A stretch of 39,734 nucleotides of DNA. Source: Akkermansiaceae bacterium (lineage in GTDB: Bacteria; Verrucomicrobiota; Verrucomicrobiia; Verrucomicrobiales; Akkermansiaceae). Location of the stretch: NCBI GenBank assembly GCA_011524615.1, contig WTJZ01000105.1, positions 1-39,734 on the forward strand, in the 5' to 3' direction. Below, piece after piece: positions 7,630-16,722 of the stretch. The notes beneath the pieces were generated by a model. It ran no database searches. It was not told the DNA's origin and saw only the letters and a list, made by a program, of their open reading frames with translations. Position numbers and translations under genes: made by a program. Numbering within the stretch: the stretch's first letter is position 1; each line of letters begins with the position of its first letter.

Positions 7630-9852
7630 TCATAATTTATCTAACGCCTCTCGAGCCTCATCTATGCTGATCACTTCTTCTAGAAGGATCGCAGGCTCAG
7701 ATAGCTCAGAACTGTAGAGTAAGTTAACAGGAATCGTCACTCTATTCACTCGAGATAAATCTTTAGCCATCTCTGGAGGGGTGTCTGTCATATCTACCTT
7801 CACAAAGATCATCTTCTCCGTATCAAGTGTAGACACGAAGTCCTTATTCCCGAAGAGTCTCTTCTTATTCACCTGACAGGTCGCACACCAGGCCGCGGTA
7901 TAATCGACCCACACCTGGTACCCCTCTGAGCGTAAGTATTCCACGATACCAGGCTGCCAACTCACCCATTGCACCCCAGTCTTAGAGGCAGAGGTCGCCA
8001 CCTTTGGAGCCTTATACTCTGTCGCAGCAGACCACGACATCTTCACCCCGAGTAATAATACGAGTAAGGAGAGCCCAAAGCCCAATCCATAGCGCACCCA
8101 TTTCTTAAGATGAGGGAGTGTCCAATGACCATAGAAATATGCTCCCAAGCCTATCACAACTAATGCCATCACTAGTGCCGCAGAACCTGCGCCCCCTGTC
8201 TGAGCCGCAAAGGTCTGTAAGAAGAAGGCCGCCGCGGCAAACATACCAAAGGCCAACACCTTCTTCAACGTCTCCATCCAGAGACCTGGTCGTGGTAACT
8301 TAGCCGTCAATGACGGGAAGAACGAGAGCAAGAGGTAAGGAAAGGAGATCCCCAAGGCAAATACCGTGAAGATCACGAGAGCGATAGGCAAGGACTGGTC
8401 TAAGGTATACCCCATCGCTGCTCCTAGGAACGGCCCACTACATGGCGTAGCGATCACAGTCGTAAGAACCCCACTAAAGATCGTCTGTACGTATCCATTA
8501 CTACTACCCTGACGTCCACCAAGAGCAGTCAAACTAGTCCCTAGCTCAAAGACTCCAGCCATGTTCAACCCGAACAAGAAGAGGACAACGATAATGCCTG
8601 CAACAAATCGGGAATCGCCCATCTGCTGTCCCCAGTTCACAGCCTGACCAGTCTGCGCCTTAATTAGGAAGAGCACAGAGGCGAGCACTAACATCGAGAG
8701 AACTACCCCCAGCGTAAAGAGAGCTCCATGTAGACGCACCTTCCACTTAGCTTCTCCAGCCTTCTCTACAAAACTCAATATCTTAAGACTCAACACCGGA
8801 AATACGCAGGGCATTAAATTCAGTAAAATCCCTCCGAGAAACGCCCCACCTAACGCCAACCAAAAGGTCACAGGTGCAGCCTCCTTCAAGGTGACATAAT
8901 CAATAGGCTGATCTCCATCATAGAGCGCTGCTAACTCCTCTGCAGCAGGGAGAGTCAACTGCCCCACCCCTGCAGCACTCGCTGTACTCTCTGTCTCAGG
9001 AGTAGGATTTACTAGGACGTCCTGCTGTCCCAGAGATAGATTGACCCATTGCACCAGTCCGTCTGCCTTTAGATACCCTCGCAGTGATTCTCTCGGAGCG
9101 ACCGCTGAATCCCTCATGAGGTTTCCCTGATCTGCCTTAAGCTCTACAGAGCTATATTCCCCATCAAACGTCCACGCCTGCTCTCCCCCTACTTGTGTCT
9201 GCCCGTCTAGGTCATAGAAGTAAGCGGACACCAACTCACCAGAGACTAATAACTGAATTCCTCCATCTTGTTGCTTCACCATCACCTTACGTGGGGCCCC
9301 TTGCGTAAAGTATGTATCGAGTCCGCTCGTACCATTCAACTGGGCTTGCTCCGCCACTGAGAGAGTCAGACTGAGTTCCGATTCTTCATTGAGGCAACTA
9401 TCCTTACACATTTGCCACGCTGCTGTCGCCTGGATGCGTAACTCCGTACCTGACACTACATCCTCCGCAACCTTTACTAATACTCGAAAGTAATTCTCTC
9501 CGAGATAGACATAGGAGGGGATTCCATATGTCATCTTATCCTTTGGTATGGAGTACTCAAATGCCCCATACGTAACACCTTCTATCGGTACTAAATTCAA
9601 TTCAGGACGCCATGTAGAGTCCACACTGTTATTATAATAATAGGAGTACCACCCCTCTGGATGATCAAGGCTGAGATAGAGGTAAAACTCCTGCCCTGGC
9701 TCGACAGTATCGTAGCGACTCAACAATTTAGCACTGGTCTGAGGAGAGCTAGGCTCTGAACCAAATGAAGACTGCAAGAAGCTCGGCTGCCCAGTCGCAA
9801 CCACACTTAACAGAAGGCAGGACATCAATAGGCGAATAGTTCGTATCATCAT
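7630..9852 (-). CDS. dsbD: DsbD-family protein-disulfide reductase (thiol:disulfide interchange protein)
   Basis: 740 aa with a signal peptide and a large N-terminal periplasmic domain. The polytopic core carries the two conserved membrane cysteines (LNLMPCVFPV and ATPCSGPFLG). The C-terminal thioredoxin-fold domain has WCATCQ. Confidence 0.85.
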   Translation of the reverse strand: MMIRTIRLLMSCLLLSVVATGQPSFLQSSFGSEPSSPQTSAKLLSRYDTVEPGQEFYLYLSLDHPEGWYSYYYNNSVDSTWRPELNLVPIEGVTYGAFEYSIPKDKMTYGIPSYVYLGENYFRVLVKVAEDVVSGTELRIQATAAWQMCKDSCLNEESELSLTLSVAEQAQLNGTSGLDTYFTQGAPRKVMVKQQDGGIQLLVSGELVSAYFYDLDGQTQVGGEQAWTFDGEYSSVELKADQGNLMRDSAVAPRESLRGYLKADGLVQWVNLSLGQQDVLVNPTPETESTASAAGVGQLTLPAAEELAALYDGDQPIDYVTLKEAAPVTFWLALGGAFLGGILLNLMPCVFPVLSLKILSFVEKAGEAKWKVRLHGALFTLGVVLSMLVLASVLFLIKAQTGQAVNWGQQMGDSRFVAGIIVVLFLFGLNMAGVFELGTSLTALGGRQGSSNGYVQTIFSGVLTTVIATPCSGPFLGAAMGYTLDQSLPIALVIFTVFALGISFPYLLLSFFPSLTAKLPRPGLWMETLKKVLAFGMFAAAAFFLQTFAAQTGGAGSAALVMALVVIGLGAYFYGHWTLPHLKKWVRYGLGFGLSLLVLLLGVKMSWSAATEYKAPKVATSASKTGVQWVSWQPGIVEYLRSEGYQVWVDYTAAWCATCQVNKKRLFGNKDFVSTLDTEKMIFVKVDMTDTPPEMAKDLSRVNRVTIPVNLLYSSELSEPAILLEEVISIDEAREALDKL

Positions 9853-9905
9853 TAATTATTAGAAGGGATAAGGTTAAGATTATTCCTAGAAGTGTGACCT
9901 AGGGG

Positions 9906-9936
9906 ATGAAAAAAAGCGGCCATAAAGACCGCTTTA
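9906..9936 (-). terminator. rho-independent terminator of trxA
   Basis: On the minus strand the stem AAAGCGG / CCGCTTT has a 9-nt loop and runs directly into further Ts. It lies about 30 nt after the trxA stop. Confidence 0.85.
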
Positions 9937-9963
9937 GAAAAAACTGAGAGTATCAATCTAGGA

Positions 9964-10281
9964 TTAGAGAGCGCTGAGCTTATCCTTGAGTAAGTCTGCT
10001 GTTACTGCAGCGCCTACTACCTTGTCCTTGATCTCACCATTCTTGAAGAAGAGAAGTGTTGGGATCGACTGGATACCGTACTCACGTGCAAGTTCTTGCT
10101 GAGAGTCAACGTCTACCTTACCAACTACCGCAGCGTCACCAAGTTCGTCTGACACCTTGTCGATAAGTGGAGCGATCATCTTACATGGTCCACACCACTC
10201 TGCCCAAAAGTCAACGAGTACTGGTTTATCTGTATCAAGAACTTCAGCCTTGAAGTTTTCGTTTGTGAATTGTTTAGCCAT
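9964..10281 (-). CDS. trxA: thioredoxin
   Basis: 105 aa with the canonical active site WAEWCGPCK and the conserved GIQSIPTLLFFKNGE segment. Confidence 0.97.
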   Translation of the reverse strand: MAKQFTNENFKAEVLDTDKPVLVDFWAEWCGPCKMIAPLIDKVSDELGDAAVVGKVDVDSQQELAREYGIQSIPTLLFFKNGEIKDKVVGAAVTADLLKDKLSAL

Positions 10282-10457
10282 ATCTAAATATTGTTCTGAT
10301 TCTATGACAGCTAAGAGTCTCCAAATAAAGGGAAAATTCCTAAGAATTTCACTTTAATGCTCTATCCCGCTGTAATGCCGAGAAGAAGAACGACTGCTGC
10401 TAAAACGGTGAATACTAATGGTAAAATCATAATCGAATGTAATTAAAGTGTCGGAAG

Positions 10458-11198
10458 TTACTGACCTGCTACGAATCCATAAATGTGGACACCAAGGCAG
10501 ACCGCTGACACAAATACAGCCGCAGCTGCGAGTGGCCACCCTGCATTAGGGCTAGAAGAATCGTCCTCATATGACTCCACAGATGCACTTGTGAAGGTCG
10601 CGGCTGGCTTAGTAGAGACTGGTGCTGGAGCTGTCGGAGCTGCTGTTGGCATAGCCGCTGTGGCGACAGGCGCTACTGGAGTAGTAGGCATCGCTGGAGT
10701 AGACGCAGGCTTCGGTGGGCTCTTGAGCGGTTGTGTCGCGAGAGGAACTGCAGGTGCAGTGGGTGCTGCTGGCGCAGTAGCTACTGCCACAGGCTTGGGA
10801 GCGGTTGGTGCTGCTGGCGCTACAGGTGCGGCTGGCGCAGTCGGAGCCGCAGGTGCTGCAGGAGCAGATGGTGCCACAGTATTAAGAGGAACGGTATTGA
10901 GCGCGACAGGCTTAGACGCTGCTGGAGCAGCAGGTGTAATCATCGGCTTAGGAGCAGGAGGCGCTACCGGTGGTGTCGCTAATGATGGTACTGGAGGAGC
11001 GGCCAGAGTCGGTGCCGCAGGTGCAGCTGGAGAAGCCTTGAGTGATACACGTACGGTCTCCTTCTTCAGAGGAATAGAACTCGTTTTCTTAAGCGGGACC
11101 GTCTTAGGACCGTTGAGGTTAGGGGTAAGATCTGACATGTTTTGTTGTGCTCTCGTTTCTAGTGCTCGTACCATGACAGAGGATTTCACATATAGCAA
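10458..11198 (-). CDS. proline/alanine-rich, C-terminally membrane-anchored protein (hypothetical)
   Basis: It has a basic N-terminal segment (PKTVPLKKTSSIPLKKETVRVSLK), about 145 aa of PA/PT-rich low complexity, and a single hydrophobic helix at the extreme C-terminus (WPLAAAAVFVSAVCLGVHIYGFVAGQ-stop). The track start is TTG 11198. In-frame ATGs at 11174 and 11138 (MSDLTPNL...) are alternative starts. The antisense frame is also open, so the strand call rests on protein architecture. Confidence 0.6.
   Translation of the reverse strand: MLYVKSSVMVRALETRAQQNMSDLTPNLNGPKTVPLKKTSSIPLKKETVRVSLKASPAAPAAPTLAAPPVPSLATPPVAPPAPKPMITPAAPAASKPVALNTVPLNTVAPSAPAAPAAPTAPAAPVAPAAPTAPKPVAVATAPAAPTAPAVPLATQPLKSPPKPASTPAMPTTPVAPVATAAMPTAAPTAPAPVSTKPAATFTSASVESYEDDSSSPNAGWPLAAAAVFVSAVCLGVHIYGFVAGQ
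10599..11036. repeat. GCN-rich low-complexity imperfect repeats (PA-rich coding tract)
   Basis: Units such as gctgctggcgc and ggtgc(a/t)gc(t/a)gg recur, encoding APAAPTAPAAPVAPAAPTAP-type repeats. Three frames across both strands stay open over this stretch. Confidence 0.6.
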
Positions 11199-11338
11199 TG
11201 AGAAATCATGCTTGGCTTGAGCGTTTTGTCCTTATAACACAAAGACAAATTAACGTGTCAACATAGAATCATACATGAGTGACGATAATGACACGAATCT
11301 ACATTTGACGATGTCATTTCTAAACATATCTTCTCAGC

Positions 11339-12682
11339 ATGCTCCGTAGAAAATTTCTCAAATCAGGCTTAATAACATCGGCATTCCTAGGGATGAGCCA
11401 ACATTTAGGCCAATCAAAGCCGGAATCCGTATGTCCCTATGGTAAATTGGTACCCGACCCTGAGGGATTACTTAATCTTCCCAAAGGATTTTCCTACCAA
11501 GTGATCTCTCGGCTAGGTAACCGGATGAGCGATGGATATAAGGTTCCAGGCCAGTTCGATGGGATGGCGGCCTTCCAGAGTCGCGAGAATCCAGACCATC
11601 TCGTCCTGGTACGCAACCACGAGATAGGGATTCAGTTCCTCCACCTCGGGCCGTTTGATAATAACGCCTTCCTCCCGTCCGAGATTGACCGAAGCCTCTC
11701 CTACGACCCTGGACGTATTGGATTCCCTCAATTCGTCGGTGGCACGACCAACATCGTCTACAATACTAAGACGAAACAAGTAGAGAAGGAGTTCCTCTCA
11801 CTCCTAGGCACAGATCGGAATTGTGCTGGAGGGGTCACTCCTAGAGAGACTTGGATCACCTGTGAAGAGCCGATCGATACCCAATCAGAGCTAGGAGTAC
11901 ACCATGGATACTGCTTCGAGGTTAGCCCAACAGAACAGATGGGGCTCCAGAAACCGGAACCGATTACCGCCATGGGACGCTTTCGCCACGAGGCTATCGC
12001 TGTCGACCCTCAGAGTCACTATGTCTACCTCACAGAGGACAGGCATGAGGGTGCGCTCTACCGCTTTCGCCCCATCGATCCTCATAACTATCACCGTGGA
12101 GGCGTACTCGAGGCTCTCGTCGTCAAGGAACACCGCACCTTTGACACCAGGAACTGGCAGGCCCCGCTCATGTCACTACAGAAGCCTTACACCTACGACT
12201 GGGTAGAACTCACAGAACCAGAATCTCCTAAGGATGATCTACGATTCCAAGCTGCAGATAAGGGGGGCGCGATCTTTGCTAGAGCAGAAGGATGCTGGTG
12301 CGATGGCGATAAGATCTGGTTCGCCTGTACTAATGGAGGCCCGACCAAGCAGGCCCAACTCTTCTATCTCAATACAAAACAGCAGACGCTCCACCTCTTC
12401 CTCCAACCCGAAGGCGATGACCTCCTCACAAATGCAGATAACTTGACCGTCGCACCTAACAGTGACGTCTTCATCTGTGAGGATCGAGCCAGTGGTGCTG
12501 GCCCATCTAAGCTACAAGTCGTCTCAGCCAAGGGAGCTTGCTACACACTAGCAGAGAATGCGCTCAACTCGTCCGAGCTCGCAGGTGCCTGCTTCAGCCC
12601 TGACGGGAGGACTCTGTTCCTGAATATCCAAACGCCAGGATACACCGTCGCGATCAACGGACCTTGGCCATGGTTAGGATAG
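11339..12682 (+). CDS. PhoX-like / DUF839 family secreted protein (putative phosphatase) with Tat-type signal
   Basis: Tat-like N-terminus MLRRKFLKSGLITSAFLG. DUF839-type segments are present: NCAGGVTPRETWITCEE, GRFRHEAIAVDP, YLTEDRHEGALYRF, DNLTVAPNSDVFICED and CFSPDGRTLFLNIQTPG. The family call comes from my recall of these motifs. At 447 aa it is shorter than classical PhoX. Confidence 0.65.
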   Translation: MLRRKFLKSGLITSAFLGMSQHLGQSKPESVCPYGKLVPDPEGLLNLPKGFSYQVISRLGNRMSDGYKVPGQFDGMAAFQSRENPDHLVLVRNHEIGIQFLHLGPFDNNAFLPSEIDRSLSYDPGRIGFPQFVGGTTNIVYNTKTKQVEKEFLSLLGTDRNCAGGVTPRETWITCEEPIDTQSELGVHHGYCFEVSPTEQMGLQKPEPITAMGRFRHEAIAVDPQSHYVYLTEDRHEGALYRFRPIDPHNYHRGGVLEALVVKEHRTFDTRNWQAPLMSLQKPYTYDWVELTEPESPKDDLRFQAADKGGAIFARAEGCWCDGDKIWFACTNGGPTKQAQLFYLNTKQQTLHLFLQPEGDDLLTNADNLTVAPNSDVFICEDRASGAGPSKLQVVSAKGACYTLAENALNSSELAGACFSPDGRTLFLNIQTPGYTVAINGPWPWLG

Positions 12683-12772
12683 CCCCTCCAGATCACAGTG
12701 TACGGCCGCTTGATTCATCTGAGTTTCAGTTGAGTTGAATATTATGCTACAGACCACGTCATACTCTACACG

Positions 12773-13489
12773 ATGAAAGCGCTCCTCCTCTTACTTACGA
12801 CCATCTCGCTGGGGCACGCCCAGCTCTCTAAGCTCAACTCAGACCCTAAGGTCATCTACACACAAGAGCTCACCTCTGATAAGATCATCTTCAAGGTGAA
12901 GGAAGCGCGTCGCGTCTTCTCTAGCAAGACAGGACAAAACCGCCTAGGAGTCCTCCAGCCAGGCACTCACTGCGAACTCATTGGCTTCGATCAACGCGCC
13001 TTCAAGGTCAAGGCCATGGCTCAACATGGCCCCGTCACAGGCTGGGTCTCCCCGTACGCCCTCAGCTGCAATGACGACAAGTTTGTCGAACACTTCCAGC
13101 AACTCTATACACGACAACTGACCATCAAGGATCTCATCAAGAAACAAAAAATCGCCATTGGCATGACACCTGCAGAAGTGGTCAAAGCGCTCGGCAAACC
13201 AACTAAAACTAAACTCCGCCGTACTGCTAAGGGCTCAACAGGCACCTATGAGTTCATCGAATACTACGAGAAGAAGCACTACACCTACTTCCAAGACCCG
13301 GTAACAGGTCAAACCGTGAGAAACTTCACCCACGCCACGCAAGAGGTAAAAACCAATACTATTATCGAGTTCACCAATGATGCCGTCTCTGCGATCGAGG
13401 AGACCGTAGACAACAGCGGGAACCAGTCCCGCCCTACCATTGTCTCCGGCCCGATCTACTGGAACTGGCGCGACTTCCTCTTATATTGA
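12773..13489 (+). CDS. secreted hypothetical protein (SH3-like plus BamE/SmpA-like segments)
   Basis: Signal peptide MKALLLLLTTISLGHA. One segment resembles a bacterial SH3 (GVLQPGTHCELIGFDQRAFKVKAMAQHGPVTGWVSPYAL) and another a BamE-like fold (IAIGMTPAEVVKALGKPTKT). Domain calls are tentative. Confidence 0.7.
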   Translation: MKALLLLLTTISLGHAQLSKLNSDPKVIYTQELTSDKIIFKVKEARRVFSSKTGQNRLGVLQPGTHCELIGFDQRAFKVKAMAQHGPVTGWVSPYALSCNDDKFVEHFQQLYTRQLTIKDLIKKQKIAIGMTPAEVVKALGKPTKTKLRRTAKGSTGTYEFIEYYEKKHYTYFQDPVTGQTVRNFTHATQEVKTNTIIEFTNDAVSAIEETVDNSGNQSRPTIVSGPIYWNWRDFLLY

Positions 13490-13499
13490 TCGCCCCCCC

Positions 13500-14801
13500 T
13501 TACCCGAGAGACTCCACTGTCTGGAAGATCGCGGTCAACATCATATATGCCATCATCCCGATAAGCATCGCCATGACGAGTAGAACCGCAGGCATAATGA
13601 TCGCCATCACCTTTTGCAGAGAATTATTCAGCTCCTTATCATACCGCTCCGCTGCCTTACTGAGAGCGACATCGATCTGACCAGTCTGCTCCCCTACCGC
13701 TACCATGTCAACGAGTAGGTCAGGAAAGGAACCTGAGCGGATTAATGCGGAGGATAATGATCGGCCATCACCGACTTGCTCAATGACTTGAGACAACTGA
13801 CTCTTGAGGTGCAAGTTCTGCGTCGCATCTTGGGTCAGCTCCAACGCTCGCAAGAGAGTCAATCCATTCCCTACTAAGTTCGACATTGTCTCAAGGAACT
13901 GAACAAAGAAGCGATCCTTCACCACTGAACCAGTCAACGGGAGATCTAGCTTGATGCGATCCCATACAGGCTTATTCGCCTCGATGTCCTTCCACGCCTT
14001 GAACCCTAGACCGATACCTAAGAATGTGACCAAAAAGATCCACCACCACTGCGAGAGAAACTCAGAGGCTGAAATCATCAACTTCGCACCAAGGGGGATT
14101 TCCGCCCCTGGGGTACTCGTCAACAGAGAGGTCAACTGAGGGATCAGCTTAGTCACAAAGATACAAGATACGCCAATCCCCGCCAAGATTAAGAAGGCAG
14201 GATAAATCAAAGCGAGCACGACCTTATTCTGTAGCTCTCCCAAGGTCTTCAGGTAATGCACCTGACGCTTCAGAATTGTATCAAGCGCGCCAGACGCTTC
14301 CCCTGCCGCTGCCATACTCGTGTACAGAGGACCAAAGGATGGGCTCACCTGGCGTAACGACAGAGAGAATGAGTTACCATCTCTCACGAGCGCTCTTACA
14401 CGCTCAGAAACGAGCTGTAGATTCCCTGATTGCTGACGGTTCTCCATCGAGCGTAGGGCTGGCTCTAGCTGTAACCCCGCTGTCAACATGTCAGACAGTT
14501 CCTCGGTAAACAGGATCACCTCTTGCTTCTTCAGCTTCAGAGGCCCCTCTGATACTTCTGCCTCCTGCTTCTTGAACACCCCAGAAAAGAGAGATTCCTT
14601 GGGAGCAGCGGCCTTCTTCACCAGTGGCTTAGCGCTTTTGACACGCTTCTCTTTTGCTGGCGTCTCCTGAGCCTGTAGCTTGGTCGGGCGGAGCCCCTTG
14701 CGATCGAGTAGCCGAAGAGCCTCACCGCGATCAGAGGCATTGATCGATCCGGAGACCTTCTGACTGTTGCGGTCTCGAGCGATGTAGGTAAAGGTAGCCA
14801 T
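13500..14801 (-). CDS. type II secretion / type IV pilus platform protein (GspF/PilC family)
   Basis: Two T2SS-F repeats and three hydrophobic segments are present. The track start is GTG 14822, overlapping the upstream ATPase by 17 nt. The ATG at 14801 gives the family-typical N-terminus MATFTYIARDRNSQKVSGSINASDRGEALRLLDRKGLRP, 4 nt after the ATPase stop, so I prefer it. Confidence 0.85.
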   Translation of the reverse strand: MATFTYIARDRNSQKVSGSINASDRGEALRLLDRKGLRPTKLQAQETPAKEKRVKSAKPLVKKAAAPKESLFSGVFKKQEAEVSEGPLKLKKQEVILFTEELSDMLTAGLQLEPALRSMENRQQSGNLQLVSERVRALVRDGNSFSLSLRQVSPSFGPLYTSMAAAGEASGALDTILKRQVHYLKTLGELQNKVVLALIYPAFLILAGIGVSCIFVTKLIPQLTSLLTSTPGAEIPLGAKLMISASEFLSQWWWIFLVTFLGIGLGFKAWKDIEANKPVWDRIKLDLPLTGSVVKDRFFVQFLETMSNLVGNGLTLLRALELTQDATQNLHLKSQLSQVIEQVGDGRSLSSALIRSGSFPDLLVDMVAVGEQTGQIDVALSKAAERYDKELNNSLQKVMAIIMPAVLLVMAMLIGMMAYMMLTAIFQTVESLG

Positions 14802-14805
14802 AGGA

Positions 14806-16518
14806 TTAGAGAGATGCGGCACCAGCCTCAGTTGTCGTTACAGAGATGATCTCTTCTACTGTAGTCAGCCCTTCCATGACCTTGAACCAGCCATACTCTC
14901 GCATTGGAATAAAGCCGTCCTTAATCGCCTGCTCACGGAGAACATCAGCAGACTCATTCCTCGCCACCAGAGTCTCCATCGCCTCTGTAATAATCGCCGC
15001 CTCATAGATCGCTAATCGACCAGAGAACCCAGTCTTACGACACTTATCACAAGACCCTGGGTGATACACGGTCCCCTGGAGGTGTGACGGGATGCCTAAC
15101 TTCACCCGATCCTCCACGGAGAGCTCGTAAGGAATCTTACAGTGGTTACAGAGTCGTCGAACCAGACGCTGCGCAAGAAAGGCGCGTACTGAAGCCGAAA
15201 GTAAGAATGGTTCCACTCCCATATCGATCAAACGTCCAATCCCTCCCAAAGCATCATTCGTGTGCAGTGTCGAGAACACCAAGTGTCCAGTAAGCGAGGC
15301 TCGGATCGCAATCTCAGCGGTCTCCAGGTCTCGAATCTCACCTAACATCACAATATTAGGGTCAGCCCGTAAGATCGATCGCAGCCCACTCGCAAAGGTC
15401 AGGCCGATGTCAGACTTCACTGCGATCTGCATCACCCCATCGAGCTTATTCTCCACAGGATCCTCGATCGTTACGATCCGAGTATCAGGTGTGTTCAGTT
15501 CACTCAGGAAGGAGTATAGCGAGGTCGACTTACCAGAGCCGGTAGGCCCAGTAATCAAGATAATCCCGTTCGAGAGGCTCAATAAGCGTTTAATCGGATC
15601 AAGTACGAAAGACTCCATCCCGAGCATCTCGATGTTAAACTTCTGCTGGTTTAATAAACGGAGAGAGACACTCTCCCCCTCAACCGTAGGCACCGTTGCG
15701 ACCCGCACGTCGATGCCTCGTCCTTCCAGTGATAGGTTGATACGACCATCCTGAGGGAGACGCTTCTCCGCGATGTCTAACTTAGACATGATCTTCAATC
15801 GCGCAATCACAGAACTCTGGAGCGCCTTGATGTTCTCTGGCACTGCGATATCGATGAGCTTACCGTCTACTCGATATCGGATACGGAGATTATCCTTCAA
15901 TGGCTCTACGTGAATATCCGTAGCCTTCTGGTCAAGAGCATCACGCATGATCTGGTTCACGAACTTAACAACACTTGCTTCTGCATCATCGTTATCATCA
16001 ATCACGTTCGCCTCATCCGTATCCTCCACATTATTCAGATCCATGTCGCGACCATCGAGAATCGCCTCAAAGGTGTCAGCCCCTACCCCGTAGAGTTTCC
16101 TAAGTCCATCATGCACTCTCGTACGAGAGGCCATCACCCAACGCACTGGATACTCGACATTCTGTGCGACGGCTTGACGTGCCACTAGATTAAAGGGGTC
16201 ATAGGTGGCTATCACCAGCTCACGTTCATCTTCTCCTTCGAGCAAGATAGGCAGCACTCTCTGCTTCAGCGCAACTGCTGGGCCACACGCATTTCTTAGC
16301 TCCAAGGGCTTCTCCACCTCCTCAATCTCTGCCACCCACTCTACCGAGAGATATTCTGCCAAGGCCTGCATATACAGCTCCTCATCGACAGCCTCTGTGT
16401 CTAACACGCTATCAATCGCAGAATTCTGCAACTGATTAGCCGATTCGACGGCTTCTATAACCGCTTCTATCTCAGCGCATCCGATATTACGAGCTGGTGC
16501 TATAAAGAATTCTGACAT
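14806..16518 (-). CDS. GspE/PilB-family secretion ATPase
   Basis: 570 aa with an N-terminal T2SSE_N-like domain. It has Walker A GPTGSGKST, Asp box / Walker B (IVMLGEIRD), His box (TGHLVFSTLHTN) and a C-terminal tetracysteine motif (CNHC...CDKC). Confidence 0.92.
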   Translation of the reverse strand: MSEFFIAPARNIGCAEIEAVIEAVESANQLQNSAIDSVLDTEAVDEELYMQALAEYLSVEWVAEIEEVEKPLELRNACGPAVALKQRVLPILLEGEDERELVIATYDPFNLVARQAVAQNVEYPVRWVMASRTRVHDGLRKLYGVGADTFEAILDGRDMDLNNVEDTDEANVIDDNDDAEASVVKFVNQIMRDALDQKATDIHVEPLKDNLRIRYRVDGKLIDIAVPENIKALQSSVIARLKIMSKLDIAEKRLPQDGRINLSLEGRGIDVRVATVPTVEGESVSLRLLNQQKFNIEMLGMESFVLDPIKRLLSLSNGIILITGPTGSGKSTSLYSFLSELNTPDTRIVTIEDPVENKLDGVMQIAVKSDIGLTFASGLRSILRADPNIVMLGEIRDLETAEIAIRASLTGHLVFSTLHTNDALGGIGRLIDMGVEPFLLSASVRAFLAQRLVRRLCNHCKIPYELSVEDRVKLGIPSHLQGTVYHPGSCDKCRKTGFSGRLAIYEAAIITEAMETLVARNESADVLREQAIKDGFIPMREYGWFKVMEGLTTVEEIISVTTTEAGAASL

Positions 16519-16722
16519 ATACTATTGGGATGAATAATTACTTTCTAATCCGTAGCGAAGGAAATGTAGAGTGTTTTGTCTCTTTATTTAGAGATTCTTT
16601 CTCAAAATAAGAACGCATACACCGTTTCTGCAACGATTCTATCAGAAATGAGAAACTTTAATCTTGCAAATTAGAATTACCACTAGTTCGATTACGGCCG
16701 TTGATACAACAAACCATCAGGT

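Noticed and set aside
10354-10539. A 61-aa minus-strand ORF spanning the PA-rich gene stop.
   Set aside because: It overlaps the 3' end of the better-supported PA-rich CDS in another frame, and its Cys/Ser/Arg-rich sequence has no features.
10483-11220. A 245-aa plus-strand ORF and a nested 83-aa ORF (10731..10982), both antisense to the PA-rich gene.
   Set aside because: They are open only because of GCN-rich low-complexity repeats. The Gly/Ala-rich product has incoherent termini, no signal or anchor logic, and runs against the orientation of the neighbouring transcription unit.
15260-15754. A 164-aa plus-strand ORF inside the GspE-like gene. Similar long antisense or alternate-frame ORFs occur in hemL (27806..28253), plsX (34344..35250), the PhoX-like gene (11513..12206), hpt (23715..24020) and the Dabb gene (33823..34152).
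   Set aside because: All lie within CDSs that have strong motif support. Strong C-ending codon bias suppresses stop codons in other frames, which produces such shadow ORFs.
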